Shown here one piece after another: positions 63,961-64,000 of a DNA stretch of 64,000 nt. The first letter of the stretch is position 1, and every line of letters begins with the position of its first letter. Origin of the DNA: Octopus bimaculoides (lineage: Eukaryota); the NCBI RefSeq assembly GCF_001194135.2, contig NC_069000.1, positions 40,726,922 through 40,790,921 on the forward strand, read 5' to 3'. A program made the position numbers and the translations under genes. Under the pieces are notes generated by a model, which saw only the letters and a program-made list of their open reading frames with translations, ran no database searches and was not told where the DNA came from.

Positions 63961-64000
<40 letters not shown>
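63600..64000. repeat. Compound (TA/CA/TATG) microsatellite with a ~202-bp internal duplication
   Basis: atatgcacacatgat.attttatatacaaatg...tttatttaattattt begins at ~63669 and again at ~63871. Confidence 0.8.

Overview
AT-rich, microsatellite-dense eukaryotic DNA with six assembly gaps. The repeat families look like those of a coleoid cephalopod, most likely Octopus (inferred from the repeats, not verified by a search). The main feature is one complete minus-strand gene for N-ethylmaleimide-sensitive factor (NSF/Sec18, vesicle-fusing AAA+ ATPase). I reconstructed it by hand as 22 coding exons from ATG 63293 to TAA 12930. All introns are GT-AG with compatible phases; the CDS is 2226 nt (741 aa) and intron 1 is 21 kb. 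The D1 ATPase domain is highly conserved, while the N and D2 domains are noticeably diverged. Introns and flanks carry tRNA-derived SINEs, two internally deleted Tc1/mariner elements, hAT, Tc1/pogo-type and TTAA-type MITEs, a Gypsy integrase relic, an RTE-like LINE scrap and a Penelope-like terminal repeat. The best leads are: (1) a CpG-rich, promoter-like module with twin NRF1-type sites inside intron 14, followed by a candidate MAA... first exon; (2) a candidate 3-nt in-frame microexon in intron 10; (3) a hammerhead-ribozyme core in sense orientation in intron 1 that lacks its cleavage triplet; (4) several dsRNA-forming structures in the pre-mRNA that could be ADAR or back-splicing substrates; (5) a perfect 77-bp palindrome and a 71-bp templated insertion. 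All of these are hypotheses from sequence alone.
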